DNA of 35,404 bases from an uncultured Acidisphaera sp. (GCA_964250825.1 CAXUIE010000002.1:5072-40475); one strand, 5' to 3'. Numbered from the stretch's first letter, positions 1-8,332 are shown. A program made the numbers and translations. Notes: generated by a model not told the origin, from the sequence alone.

Positions 1-1245
1 GAACCCAACATGCCGCCATTTTGGGGCGCTTCTTTCGAGCGCTACCTCGATCTTTATCGCGCTACATCGGACGCTGTGTCGACCTCCGGGCTCGCCGTCC
101 GGCTGGGCGGGCCGGTCGTCGCCTACTCGCCCGAAGAGGGGCCGGCGCTGATCGAACGCTTCGTCCGCTTCTTGGCTGACGAGCCGCGCATCAAGTGCGA
201 CTTCATCTCCTATCACCGCAAGGGCGCTTGGAGCGACGCGGAAGGCAAGCCGGATCTCCAGCGCCTCGTGGCCGCGGCCCAGGCCACCGCCGATGCTGTG
301 CTGCGGTGGGTGCCGGAACGCGCAGAGAAGCTCGCGATCGTCAACGACGAAGCGGACATGAAGGTGGGGTTCGACCAGCCATATCGCCCGCGGATCACGG
401 CGCAGTTCCCGTCATGGCTGGCCGCTTCCATGATCGCGCATGACGGGCTCCGCCAACGCCACCGGCTGAGTTTTGTCGCCGCTGCGGACGACGCCAACGC
501 CCAGCTCGCGCGTGCGCCGTTCGACGGCCGCCGGATGCTAATGACACCGCTCTCGCCCGCTCCGGCCGACCAATTGAAGTTGCCGGTGCTTGGGTTTTAC
601 GAGCTGCTCCGCTGCCTCGGCGAGCGACGGGGAAAGGGCGGAACGGCGCCGGACGGCGTTTCGCACCTGGTCACGGTTGGAACGAATGAGATCGCCGTGC
701 TGTTCACGCGCTATCGGGACACGGGTGTCGTAGCCCTCGACTGCGTGGTCGGCCACATCCCGTGGCCGCGCGTCAACCTGGTCCAGTTTCGCATTGACGA
801 CGCGCACACCGATGCCGCACGGGGCGCCCCCGATCCGGCGCGGATGCGGCTCGCGCAGGAGTTGGGCGTGCTGGCGCCCCCGCGGTCTGGGCTGCACGTT
901 CGCGACGCGCTGCGTGAGCGCGTGCCCCTCGGCCCGTTCGCCACCGCGCTAGTGTGGATCACCCCCTATCGCGATGCGCCCCCGGCCACCCCGTCGTGGC
1001 TCGAAGCCAGCCGCGAGGGCGGCAACGTCGTGCTGCGCTGGACGCCGGACCGGACACCCGGCTTGTACACGTACGAGGTCAGTCGAACACGAGCGGGAAA
1101 GCGCGCAATCGCGATCTCCCCCGCTCCGCTCCGTTCCGCGATGTGGATCGACACCGCCGTTCCCGACGAGCCGCTCGGCTACACTGTCCGCACCGTGTCG
1201 GCCTCGGGCGTGGCGAGCCGGCCGGCTCCGAGCCGGCCGGTTTAG
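1..1245 (+). CDS. Glycoside hydrolase family 39-like protein (alpha-L-iduronidase/beta-xylosidase type) with C-terminal Fn3-like domain; 5' end cut by the window edge
   Basis: The frame is open back to base 1 (gaa ccc aac ATG), so the ATG at 10 is probably internal. Motif IVNDEADMKVGFDQPY resembles the GH39/iduronidase nucleophile motif (NDEAD-x-x-VG). The last ~90 aa (VVLRWTP..YTYEVSR..YTVRTVSASG) look Fn3-like. Stop TAG at 1243-1245. Confidence 0.7.
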   Translation, partial: EPNMPPFWGASFERYLDLYRATSDAVSTSGLAVRLGGPVVAYSPEEGPALIERFVRFLADEPRIKCDFISYHRKGAWSDAEGKPDLQRLVAAAQATADAVLRWVPERAEKLAIVNDEADMKVGFDQPYRPRITAQFPSWLAASMIAHDGLRQRHRLSFVAAADDANAQLARAPFDGRRMLMTPLSPAPADQLKLPVLGFYELLRCLGERRGKGGTAPDGVSHLVTVGTNEIAVLFTRYRDTGVVALDCVVGHIPWPRVNLVQFRIDDAHTDAARGAPDPARMRLAQELGVLAPPRSGLHVRDALRERVPLGPFATALVWITPYRDAPPATPSWLEASREGGNVVLRWTPDRTPGLYTYEVSRTRAGKRAIAISPAPLRSAMWIDTAVPDEPLGYTVRTVSASGVASRPAPSRPV

Positions 1246-1249
1246 GCGG

Positions 1250-1537
1250 TTACTTACCCTCTTGATTGGTCTTGGCGCTGGCGTCCTTGTTCATCGCCTT
1301 CACCGTTGGAGGTTGGTTGGTCGATCCGGTCTTCTGGGTGGTCGTCGCGGGCGGCGCGTCGCTCGGCAGCGACGTCTGCGATTGGGGCGCCCTGGCGGGT
1401 CGGCTCGCGCTCGCGCCCACTGGCGTATCGGACGTGGCCTGAGCCTGAACCCGCCCGGCGCACAGCACCGGAACGGTCAAGGCCAGGATCACCGCCAGAA
1501 CTCGCTCGGCCATCGGGATCACTCCGCTGCTGCTCAT
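1250..1537 (-). CDS. Small secreted low-complexity protein (95 aa), translationally coupled to the Mo-subunit gene
   Basis: ATG (1535-1537) overlaps the TGA (1534-1536) of the upstream gene (ATGA). The N-terminus is signal-like (AERVLAVILALTVPVLCAGRVQAQA) and is followed by a Ser/Thr/Pro/Gln-rich tail. No recognisable domain, and a shadow ORF cannot be fully excluded. Confidence 0.45.
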   Translation of the reverse strand: MSSSGVIPMAERVLAVILALTVPVLCAGRVQAQATSDTPVGASASRPARAPQSQTSLPSDAPPATTTQKTGSTNQPPTVKAMNKDASAKTNQEGK

Positions 1538-3828
1538 GTCTCGAGTTGCTTTCCGAGAGGCATGTTTCGGATGCGCTTTCCGGTCGCGGCGAAGATCGCA
1601 TTCATCAGCGCCGGAGCGAACGGCGGAACCCCCGGCTCGCCCACCCCGCTCGGCGGCACGTCGGGATCGGCCGGCACGATGTGGACATTCGTCACCGCCG
1701 GTGATTCGTCGATCCGCGCCACCGGAAAGTCGTCGAAGTTCGACTGCTGCACCCTGCCATCCTTGAACGTGATCTCGCCGTGCTTGGCGAGGCTCAAGCC
1801 CATGATCGCCGCACCCTCCATTTGCGATTGGATCCGTTCGGGGTTGACGAACGTGCCGCAATCGACCGCCGTGTCGACGCGCGGGATGGTGAGTTCGCCC
1901 TTATCGCTCACCGCCACCTCGACGATGGTCGCGATATAGCTAACGAAACTGCGGTGTGCCGCGATGCCGAGCCCGTGACCCTTCGGCAGGGAGCGGCCCC
2001 AACCGCCCTTGTCCGCTACGACCTCCACCACGCGGCGCAGCCGGCCCGCGTCGTTGGGATAGCTGTCGAGCGGCTCGCCGTAATTCCACAATTTTTGGAC
2101 CGACGCGTTCATCTTCACGATGCGGGGCGGGCCGATCAGCTCAAGCAGCATGTCCTTCGGATCGCGCCCCGTCGCGTGGGCGATTTCCGCGACCATCGAC
2201 TGCACGGCGAAGGCGTGCGGGATGTTGGACACCGAGCGGAGCCAGCCGATTCGCGTGTGCGCGGCCGCCTCCGGGTTCTCGCAGCGGATGTTGGGGATGT
2301 CGAACGGGAGGTCGACGAACCCCATGCCGAGCTCGAACGGAGCCTGGTGCGCGGCACCCGCCGCGAACGTGGAGAAGATGGTTGGGGCCACGCTTCGGTG
2401 CCGCCATGCGACGACCTTGCCGCTCTTGTCGACCCCCGCCTCGATGCGCTCCGCCGACACGGTGTGCAGGAAATCGTGGCGGACGTCGTCCTCGCGCGTC
2501 CATTGCAGACGCACGGGGGCGTCGATGGAGCGCGAGATCAGCGCCGCTTCCAGCACGAAGTCGCATTTCGACTTGCGGCCGAAGCCGCCGCCCAGCAGCG
2601 TCACGTTGACCGTGACATCCCCTTCCGGGATGCCGAGCGTCTTGGCCAGATCCTCGCGCGTGCCGCCCGGGCTTTGCACCGGCGCCCAGACCTCGGCGCG
2701 GCCGTTGGCGACGTTCGCCAGCGCGACCGGCGGCTCCATGCTCACATGCGCGAGATGCGGGAGGTAATACTCGCCGACGACGATCTTGTCAGCGCTCTTC
2801 AGCGCGCCTTCCGCGTCGCCGTCGTCGCGCACCACAGTTCCGGGCTTGCGCGCCGCCGCTTCGAGCTCCTGCCTGTACGACGCGGAGTCGTAATGCGCGT
2901 TGGCGCCGTCGTCCCAGACAACCTTCAGCGCGTCCCGCCCCTTGATCGCCGCCCCGGTGTTGCGCGCGATCACTGCCACGCCGCCGAGCGGCTGGAACTT
3001 GGACGGCCACGGCCAGCCCTGGACCTCGATCACCTTCTCCACGCCCGGCACCGCGAGAGCGTCCTTCGGGTCGAACGACACGAGCTTGCCGCCGACCACG
3101 GGAGGACGGGCGATCACGGCGTACTTCATCCCGGGCAGCTTGTGGTCCGCACCATAAACGGCGGTGCCGGTGGTGATGGCGCGCAGATCGACGATGCCGA
3201 CCTTGCCCTTGCCCATGTAGCGGAAGTCTTTCGGGTCCTTCAGCTTCAGGTCGGCGAGGTTCGGAACCGGCTGGGCGGCGGCGTCAGAGGCGAGATCGCC
3301 GAAGCCGACGCGACGACCGCCCGATTGGTCAACTACTTCGTGGTTGACCGCCTTGCACTGCGACGCCGGGATGCCCCAGCGCTTGGCGGCGGCCGCCTCC
3401 AGCATGGCGCGCGCGGACGCTCCCATCTGCCGCATCGGGATCAGGTAGTGGCGCGTGCTGCGCGAGCCGTCGGTGTCCTGGTTGCCGTACTTGGCCTCGT
3501 CGCCGGGCGCTTGCTGCACGCGCACCCGCGACCAATCGGCTTCCATCTCATCGGCGACGATCATCGGCAGGCTGGTGCGCACACCCGTGCCCATCTCCGA
3601 GCGGTGAGCGATGATGGTCACGGTGCCGTCCGGCGCGACCGCGACGAAGATCTTGGGATCAACAACCACGCCATGCGGCATCGCGCCGGCGCCCGTGTTG
3701 TACGCCGCCATCGCCGGCTTCGGCAGCAGGGGGGCGGCAAGCACCAAGCCGCCGGTTATGCCGAGGCCTTGCAGGACCTTGCGGCGCGAGACGTTCTCGA
3801 CGGGAAAGGAGCGCTTCATGACATGCAT
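1534..3828 (-). CDS. Molybdopterin-binding large (beta) subunit of an IorAB-type aldehyde/isoquinoline oxidoreductase, Tat-exported
   Basis: Twin-arginine signal SRRKVLQGLGITGGLVLAAP..AMA. Family-typical blocks include IIAHRSEMGTGVRTSLPMIVADE, TLLGGGFGRKS and MEGAAIMGLS. Start chosen at ATG 3826-3828 (MHVMKRSF), 2 nt after the 2Fe-2S gene stop. The track start at 3888 would overlap that gene. Confidence 0.9.
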   Translation of the reverse strand: MHVMKRSFPVENVSRRKVLQGLGITGGLVLAAPLLPKPAMAAYNTGAGAMPHGVVVDPKIFVAVAPDGTVTIIAHRSEMGTGVRTSLPMIVADEMEADWSRVRVQQAPGDEAKYGNQDTDGSRSTRHYLIPMRQMGASARAMLEAAAAKRWGIPASQCKAVNHEVVDQSGGRRVGFGDLASDAAAQPVPNLADLKLKDPKDFRYMGKGKVGIVDLRAITTGTAVYGADHKLPGMKYAVIARPPVVGGKLVSFDPKDALAVPGVEKVIEVQGWPWPSKFQPLGGVAVIARNTGAAIKGRDALKVVWDDGANAHYDSASYRQELEAAARKPGTVVRDDGDAEGALKSADKIVVGEYYLPHLAHVSMEPPVALANVANGRAEVWAPVQSPGGTREDLAKTLGIPEGDVTVNVTLLGGGFGRKSKCDFVLEAALISRSIDAPVRLQWTREDDVRHDFLHTVSAERIEAGVDKSGKVVAWRHRSVAPTIFSTFAAGAAHQAPFELGMGFVDLPFDIPNIRCENPEAAAHTRIGWLRSVSNIPHAFAVQSMVAEIAHATGRDPKDMLLELIGPPRIVKMNASVQKLWNYGEPLDSYPNDAGRLRRVVEVVADKGGWGRSLPKGHGLGIAAHRSFVSYIATIVEVAVSDKGELTIPRVDTAVDCGTFVNPERIQSQMEGAAIMGLSLAKHGEITFKDGRVQQSNFDDFPVARIDESPAVTNVHIVPADPDVPPSGVGEPGVPPFAPALMNAIFAATGKRIRNMPLGKQLET

Positions 3829-3830
3829 GG

Positions 3831-4283
3831 TCAGGCCCCCGTCGCCGCGAGACGCACCGCGATCTCGATTCGCTGGTAACAGCCGCACCGACAGATGTTG
3901 CCGGACATCGACTCGCGGATCTCGTCATTGCTGGGATGCGGGTTGTCCTTGAGCAGCGCCGCAGCCTGCATGATCTGCCCCGCCTGGCAGAACCCGCACT
4001 GCGGCACGTTGACCTCGCGCCACGCCTTCTGCACCGGATGGTCGCCGTGCGGGTCAAGCCCCTCGATCGTCGTCACCTCGCGGTTCCCGACGTCGGACAC
4101 CGCCGTTATGCACGACCGCGTCGCTTGGCCGTCGATGTGAACCGTGCAGGCGCCGCACAACGCCTGGCCGCAACCGAACTTCGTTCCGGTCAGCCCGGCT
4201 TCGTCGCGCAGGAACCAAAGCAGCGGCAGCGACGGATCGCCGTCCCACCTTTGCTCCTGGCCGTTGACCTTAAGTTTGATCAT
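3831..4283 (-). CDS. (2Fe-2S)-binding small (alpha) subunit of the IorAB-type oxidoreductase
   Basis: 150 aa with two [2Fe-2S] cysteine clusters: GCGQALCGACTV (plant-type) and CGFCQ...CRCGCY. It lies immediately upstream of the Mo subunit. Confidence 0.92.
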   Translation of the reverse strand: MIKLKVNGQEQRWDGDPSLPLLWFLRDEAGLTGTKFGCGQALCGACTVHIDGQATRSCITAVSDVGNREVTTIEGLDPHGDHPVQKAWREVNVPQCGFCQAGQIMQAAALLKDNPHPSNDEIRESMSGNICRCGCYQRIEIAVRLAATGA

Positions 4284-4374
4284 GGGAGTTCCTCGCTAGA
4301 TTTCATGTGCCGATGTCGCGAGCCGGTCACGGCGGCGTCGATATGAAAGGCTCACTGGAGATGGCATGCCGATG

Positions 4375-4399
4375 CCGGCCGTTCGACGGGAACGGCCGG
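4375..4399 (-). terminator. GC-rich hairpin (10-bp perfect stem CCGGCCGTTC/GAACGGCCGG, 5-nt loop) just after the stop of PQQ dehydrogenase 1; attenuator or partial terminator
   Basis: Read directly from the sequence, starting 10 nt downstream of the TAA at 4409-4411. There is no U-tract, so intrinsic-terminator function is uncertain. Confidence 0.4.
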
Positions 4400-4408
4400 A
4401 TCAACCTG

Positions 4409-6136
4409 TCACTTTCTTACCGCGAACACCCAAACGACGCCACCTTGCGGGACGTTGTCTTCGACGCCGACATTGTCCTTGGCGAGCGCGTCCTGGATGC
4501 GCTGCGCATCGACACCCCAGCCCGACTGCACGGCGATGTACTCCGTCCCGTCCACCTCGTAGGCGATGGGCATGCCCACGATGCCCGAGTTGGTCTTCTG
4601 CTCCCAGAGCAGATCCCCGGTCTTGGCGTCGAAGGCGTGGAACTCCCGGTCGTTGGTCCCGCCGACGAACACGAGACCGCCAGCCGTCGCGGTCACGGAG
4701 GCGAACAGCTGCGATCCAGGGAAATTGTGCGACCAGGCCTTCTTTCCCGTTGCCGGATCCCACGCCTGCAACTCGCCGAAATGGTCGGCGCCGGAGCGCA
4801 CAGTCAAGCCGATGTCCTCCGCCTTGGTGCCGAGCCAAGGCTCGCCAGGCTTCAGTGGAAGCTTTTCGCCGGTGAAGCCTCCACAGAAATTCTCATTGGC
4901 GGGCACGTAGACGAGGCCGGTCTGCTGGCTGTAGGCGGCGGACGGCCAGTCCTTGCCGCCCCACAAGGACGGGCAGAACTCGATGCGCTTGCCGAGCGTG
5001 GGCTTATGCGCCGGGTCAACGATCGGCGTGCCGCTGCCGGGCTCGACCCCCTTCCAAACGTTTGTATTCACAAACGGCCAGCTGGCGACGTAGCTGATCG
5101 CGTCGGGCTTGCGCTGCAGCACCCAGAACATCGCGTCGCGGCCGGGGTGGACGAGGCTTTTGATGACGTGGCCGTCGCGGTTCATGTCGATCAGCATCGG
5201 CGCGTCAACCTCGTCCCAGTCCCAGGAATCATTCGGGTGATACTGGTGATAGGCCTTGATCTTGCCGCTGTCAGGATCGAGCCCGATGACCGACGACGTG
5301 TACAGGTTGTCGCCGGGATGAAGGTCACCAGGCCACGGTGCCGCATTGCCGACACCCCAGTAGATCGTCTTGAGGTCGGGGTCGTAGGTGCCGGTCATCC
5401 AGGCCGACCCGCCGCCGGTTTTCCAGGCGTCGCCCTGCCAGGTGTCGTGACCGGGCTCTCCTTCGCCGGGGATCGTGTAGGTGCGCCACAACTCCTTGCC
5501 GTCGTTCGCGTCGAGCGCGACCACGTAGCCGCGCACGCCGAGCTCTCCGCCCGAGCCGCCGACGATCACCTTGCCGTCCACCACCAACGGCATCAAGGTC
5601 ATGTACTGGCCCCTCTTGTACTCCTGGATTTTCTTATCCCACGCGACCTTCCCGGTCTTGGCGTCGAGGGCGACGACATGATCGTCGGTGGTCGCGAGGA
5701 ACAGCTTGTCCTGCCAAAGGCCCACGCCGCGGCTCGTCGGGTGCATCTGATACAGATCGTCCGGCAGCTCGCGCTTGTAGCGCCAAATCTCCTCGCCGGT
5801 TTTGGCGTTGAGCGCAATGACCTGACCCGCCGGCGTCGCGACGAACATGTAGCCGTTATTGATGATGGGCGGCGCCTCGTGGCCTTCGCTCACATTGGTC
5901 GAGAAGGTCCAAACCGGGACGAGGTTCTTGACGTTAGTGGTGTTGATCTGGTCGAGCGTGCTGTAGCCCTGCCCGTCATACGTACGGCGATACAGCATCC
6001 AGTTGCCGGGTTCGGGGTTCTTGAGCCGATCGGCGGTGACCGGGCTGTAGTTGTCGATCTCGCCGGCCCCGGCCGCGATCGGTGCGAGGCACGTCGAGGC
6101 GATCAACGCCGACATCAGCCACTGTTTCACGCTCAT
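4409..6136 (-). CDS. PQQ-dependent dehydrogenase, methanol/ethanol family, paralog 1; lacks the vicinal Cys-Cys and carries a D-x-D motif
   Basis: 575 aa with a Sec-type signal (MSVKQWLMSALIASTCLAPIAAGAG). Eight-bladed propeller W-motif repeats are present (VALDAKTGK..W, AFDAKTGDLLW). Metal/PQQ ligand contexts are GGSGGELGVRGY, GVGNAAPW and NDSWDWDE. ATG at 6134-6136. Confidence 0.93.
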   Translation of the reverse strand: MSVKQWLMSALIASTCLAPIAAGAGEIDNYSPVTADRLKNPEPGNWMLYRRTYDGQGYSTLDQINTTNVKNLVPVWTFSTNVSEGHEAPPIINNGYMFVATPAGQVIALNAKTGEEIWRYKRELPDDLYQMHPTSRGVGLWQDKLFLATTDDHVVALDAKTGKVAWDKKIQEYKRGQYMTLMPLVVDGKVIVGGSGGELGVRGYVVALDANDGKELWRTYTIPGEGEPGHDTWQGDAWKTGGGSAWMTGTYDPDLKTIYWGVGNAAPWPGDLHPGDNLYTSSVIGLDPDSGKIKAYHQYHPNDSWDWDEVDAPMLIDMNRDGHVIKSLVHPGRDAMFWVLQRKPDAISYVASWPFVNTNVWKGVEPGSGTPIVDPAHKPTLGKRIEFCPSLWGGKDWPSAAYSQQTGLVYVPANENFCGGFTGEKLPLKPGEPWLGTKAEDIGLTVRSGADHFGELQAWDPATGKKAWSHNFPGSQLFASVTATAGGLVFVGGTNDREFHAFDAKTGDLLWEQKTNSGIVGMPIAYEVDGTEYIAVQSGWGVDAQRIQDALAKDNVGVEDNVPQGGVVWVFAVRK

Positions 6137-6196
6137 GAACTTCCCCCACTTGGTTTTGTTCTTTCGCCTGCATCGATTCGCGATGCGGCGCCACCA

Positions 6197-6892
6197 TCAA
6201 GCCGATTGTTGCGCGCCTACCTTCCCGATGAAACCCTGCGCCACCGTAATGGTCTGGCCCGCCTTGGCAAGCGGCAGCGCCGCCAAGTGCCGGGGCGCCG
6301 GGCCGAACACCACTTCGGCGCCCTGCCGCGGGTCGTACTCGGAATTATGGCAAAGGCACTTGAGCACGTTCTGGTCGTTCTCCTTGACCCATGCCGTCAC
6401 CGGGCAACCGGCGTGCGCGCAGATTGCCGAATAGGCAACGATGCCGCCGGCGGCGCGCGCCTTCGTGTTCTCGTCGAGTTCCGATTCCTGCAGCCGCAAC
6501 AGAAGCACCTGGTTCAAGCGCGACCCGTCCCGCACGACCTTGGTCCGTGGGTCCATTGGCCACGCCATTACCTGGGGGCCGCCGAGCGGGAGATCTTCGG
6601 GCTTGATGACCTGGCCCACATGCTCGTCTTCGGCAAACACGAGAATGTCGCCCTTTTGGGGCCGCTCGTCGCTGCCGGGCTTTTCCTCGTCATCCGCCCG
6701 CGCCGACCCGGCGGTGGACAGGGCAACGCCGGCCGCCAGCGCCGTCAGCAGAACTTGTCGCCGTGGAGCCGCCGGACCCAACTCATGGTCGCCCGTGTTG
6801 CCCGATTCCATTGAGTTGTCGCCGCCCATCGCCTCGTTCGCCATCCGCGCTACCGCGCCGTGTGCCGACATCGTTGGTAATCCGTGATGCAC
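6197..6892 (-). CDS. Tat-exported Rieske [2Fe-2S] protein
   Basis: Rieske boxes CAHAGC and CLCHNS. Twin-arginine motif PRRQVLLTALAAGVALSTAGSARA. The start is ambiguous: GTG at 6890-6892 is the maximal extent, and in-frame ATGs include 6809-6811 (MESGNTG..), which still precedes the Tat motif. Confidence 0.85.
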   Translation of the reverse strand: MHHGLPTMSAHGAVARMANEAMGGDNSMESGNTGDHELGPAAPRRQVLLTALAAGVALSTAGSARADDEEKPGSDERPQKGDILVFAEDEHVGQVIKPEDLPLGGPQVMAWPMDPRTKVVRDGSRLNQVLLLRLQESELDENTKARAAGGIVAYSAICAHAGCPVTAWVKENDQNVLKCLCHNSEYDPRQGAEVVFGPAPRHLAALPLAKAGQTITVAQGFIGKVGAQQSA

Positions 6893-6998
6893 TCGATCAT
6901 TTGCATGAAACTAGGAACCAGTTTTGCGCAATTGCCGAAACGTGTCCATCCACAACCAAGGTGAGACTCTTGCACCGGGGCGCCGCGCGGCGCGTCGC

Positions 6999-7940
6999 TC
7001 AGTCTCCGGCCAACGCGGTCGGACCGATCGTCGGCGGAACCGCTGGCGTCCGCGGCGGCACGTAGGTCAGCCCGGCGGCGTTCGCGATCGCTTCAACCGC
7101 GTTGCGGGATTGCAAGCTCGCGATGGCGGTGTCCGCCGCCGCGATCAGAGCCCGGTCGGAGGCGAGCCCGACATAGCCCATGTTGAAGCCAACGGAATGG
7201 ACGTAGCCGGTGGCGGCCAACCCGATCGTGCCGTGCTTGAGACGCCACGCGTCGAGCTCGCGCAGCGCCACGAACGCGGCGTCGAGCTCGCCGCGGTCGA
7301 GCCGGTCGAACAGCGCGCGCGCGTCCGGCACGTGGACGACGTGTTCCCGCAGTTGCCCGTCGCCGTAGTTCATGGCGATTGCGTCCGCGAGCGTCGCGAT
7401 CTCGACGCCGACAGTCAGGCCCGCGAGATCGGCTAGCTTGTGGACCGGGCGGTCGCCCTTTTGAGCCGACAGCACCACTGTGATCGCGTCCAGCCTATAG
7501 GGCCGGGTGGGGGCGAGCTCCCCTAATTTTACCCAGCGCGCGCGATCGTCCGGCGCGGCGCCGTCGAAGGGCGGCAGCTTGCCAACTGGCGCGGCCGAGG
7601 GGCCGACCGTGTCCTGCGCCAGCGGATATTCAGCCACAAGCTGGCACCGGCCATCCGACAGTAGCGCGTTCGCCTCCTTGATGAGGCTCGCATCCGGGTC
7701 GTCGCGGCTGACGAACCATTGCACGCGCAACTCGCGCCCGAGGCGCTCCGCAATTGCTCGCGAGAGCGCGACCGCGAAGCCCTCCTTTTCGCTGTTGCGA
7801 ACGGAAAGCGGCGGGTCGCTAGCTTGGAGGCAGACGCGAAGGGTTTTCTCCGCGGAGTTCGGTGCATCGGGCGGAGCGGCCGCTGCAAACGAAGATCCAA
7901 ACGCGAGAACGCAGGCCAGAGCCGCCTCGCGCACCGTCAT
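6999..7940 (-). CDS. Quinoprotein-dehydrogenase-associated periplasmic binding protein (MxaJ/XoxJ-like)
   Basis: Start ATG 7938-7940 (MTVREAALACVLAFG.., signal-like) overlaps the cytochrome c TGA (ATGA). The block LRVCLQASDPPLSVRNSEKEGFAVALSRAIAERLG resembles the MxaJ family. The longer track ORF (to 8135) overlaps the cytochrome gene. Confidence 0.85.
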   Translation of the reverse strand: MTVREAALACVLAFGSSFAAAAPPDAPNSAEKTLRVCLQASDPPLSVRNSEKEGFAVALSRAIAERLGRELRVQWFVSRDDPDASLIKEANALLSDGRCQLVAEYPLAQDTVGPSAAPVGKLPPFDGAAPDDRARWVKLGELAPTRPYRLDAITVVLSAQKGDRPVHKLADLAGLTVGVEIATLADAIAMNYGDGQLREHVVHVPDARALFDRLDRGELDAAFVALRELDAWRLKHGTIGLAATGYVHSVGFNMGYVGLASDRALIAAADTAIASLQSRNAVEAIANAAGLTYVPPRTPAVPPTIGPTALAGD

Positions 7941-8275
7941 TGCGGCGCAACGCCTCCGGTGCGAACATAGGCCCATATCGCCTCGATCTCCTCGGGGTGC
8001 AGGACATCTTTCCAAGGTGGCATGCTTCTCTTGCCGTTTTGGACCGAATTGAAGAAGCGCGCCCGATCCGCATGCGGGAACTTGCGAAGGTCGAAAGACT
8101 GGTTCCCCGGATTGACCATGTGCTTCCCGTGGCACGCGGCACAGATGCTATTGAAGAGTTGGTCGCCCGCTTCGAATTGCTGCGGTGAAGGCGGCGGCTC
8201 CGGCGTGTCGGTCTGGGCCGAAGCTGGCGAAGCGCTAAGCAGCGTTCCCGTGAGAAGCAAGGAGGCAAGCCTCAT
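7937..8275 (-). CDS. Monoheme c-type cytochrome (PedF/ExaB/XoxG-like electron acceptor)
   Basis: 112 aa with a signal peptide (MRLASLLLTGTLLSASPASA) and the heme motif CAACH. A distal Met context (SMPPW) is present. It lies directly downstream of a PQQ dehydrogenase. Confidence 0.9.
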   Translation of the reverse strand: MRLASLLLTGTLLSASPASAQTDTPEPPPSPQQFEAGDQLFNSICAACHGKHMVNPGNQSFDLRKFPHADRARFFNSVQNGKRSMPPWKDVLHPEEIEAIWAYVRTGGVAPQ

Positions 8276-8296
8276 TCGTTCTCCGATGAGCAGCGA

Positions 8297-8322
8297 AGAG
8301 GCACCCGGATTCGGGTGCCTCT
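8297..8322 (-). terminator. Intercistronic hairpin (11-bp perfect stem AGAGGCACCCG/CGGGTGCCTCT, 4-nt loop) between PQQ dehydrogenase 2 and the cytochrome c gene
   Basis: Read directly in the 57-nt spacer 8276-8332. No U-tract, so it is more likely an mRNA-stabilising or attenuating element than a full terminator. Confidence 0.5.
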
Positions 8323-8332
8323 CATTCGGTCG

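Noticed and set aside
1780-3879. 699-aa plus-strand ORF
   Set aside because: It is antisense to the well-supported Mo-subunit gene. The Arg/Ala/Asp/His-rich shadow composition is typical of high-GC antisense frames, and it has no recognisable motifs.
6137-6196. Short inverted repeat GCATCG-attcg-CGATGC between the Rieske gene and PQQ dehydrogenase 1
   Set aside because: The stem is only 6 bp with no U-tract, which is too weak to call a terminator or operator.
4307-6814. 835-aa plus-strand ORF
   Set aside because: It is antisense to the PQQ dehydrogenase and Rieske genes, with shadow-ORF composition and no domains.
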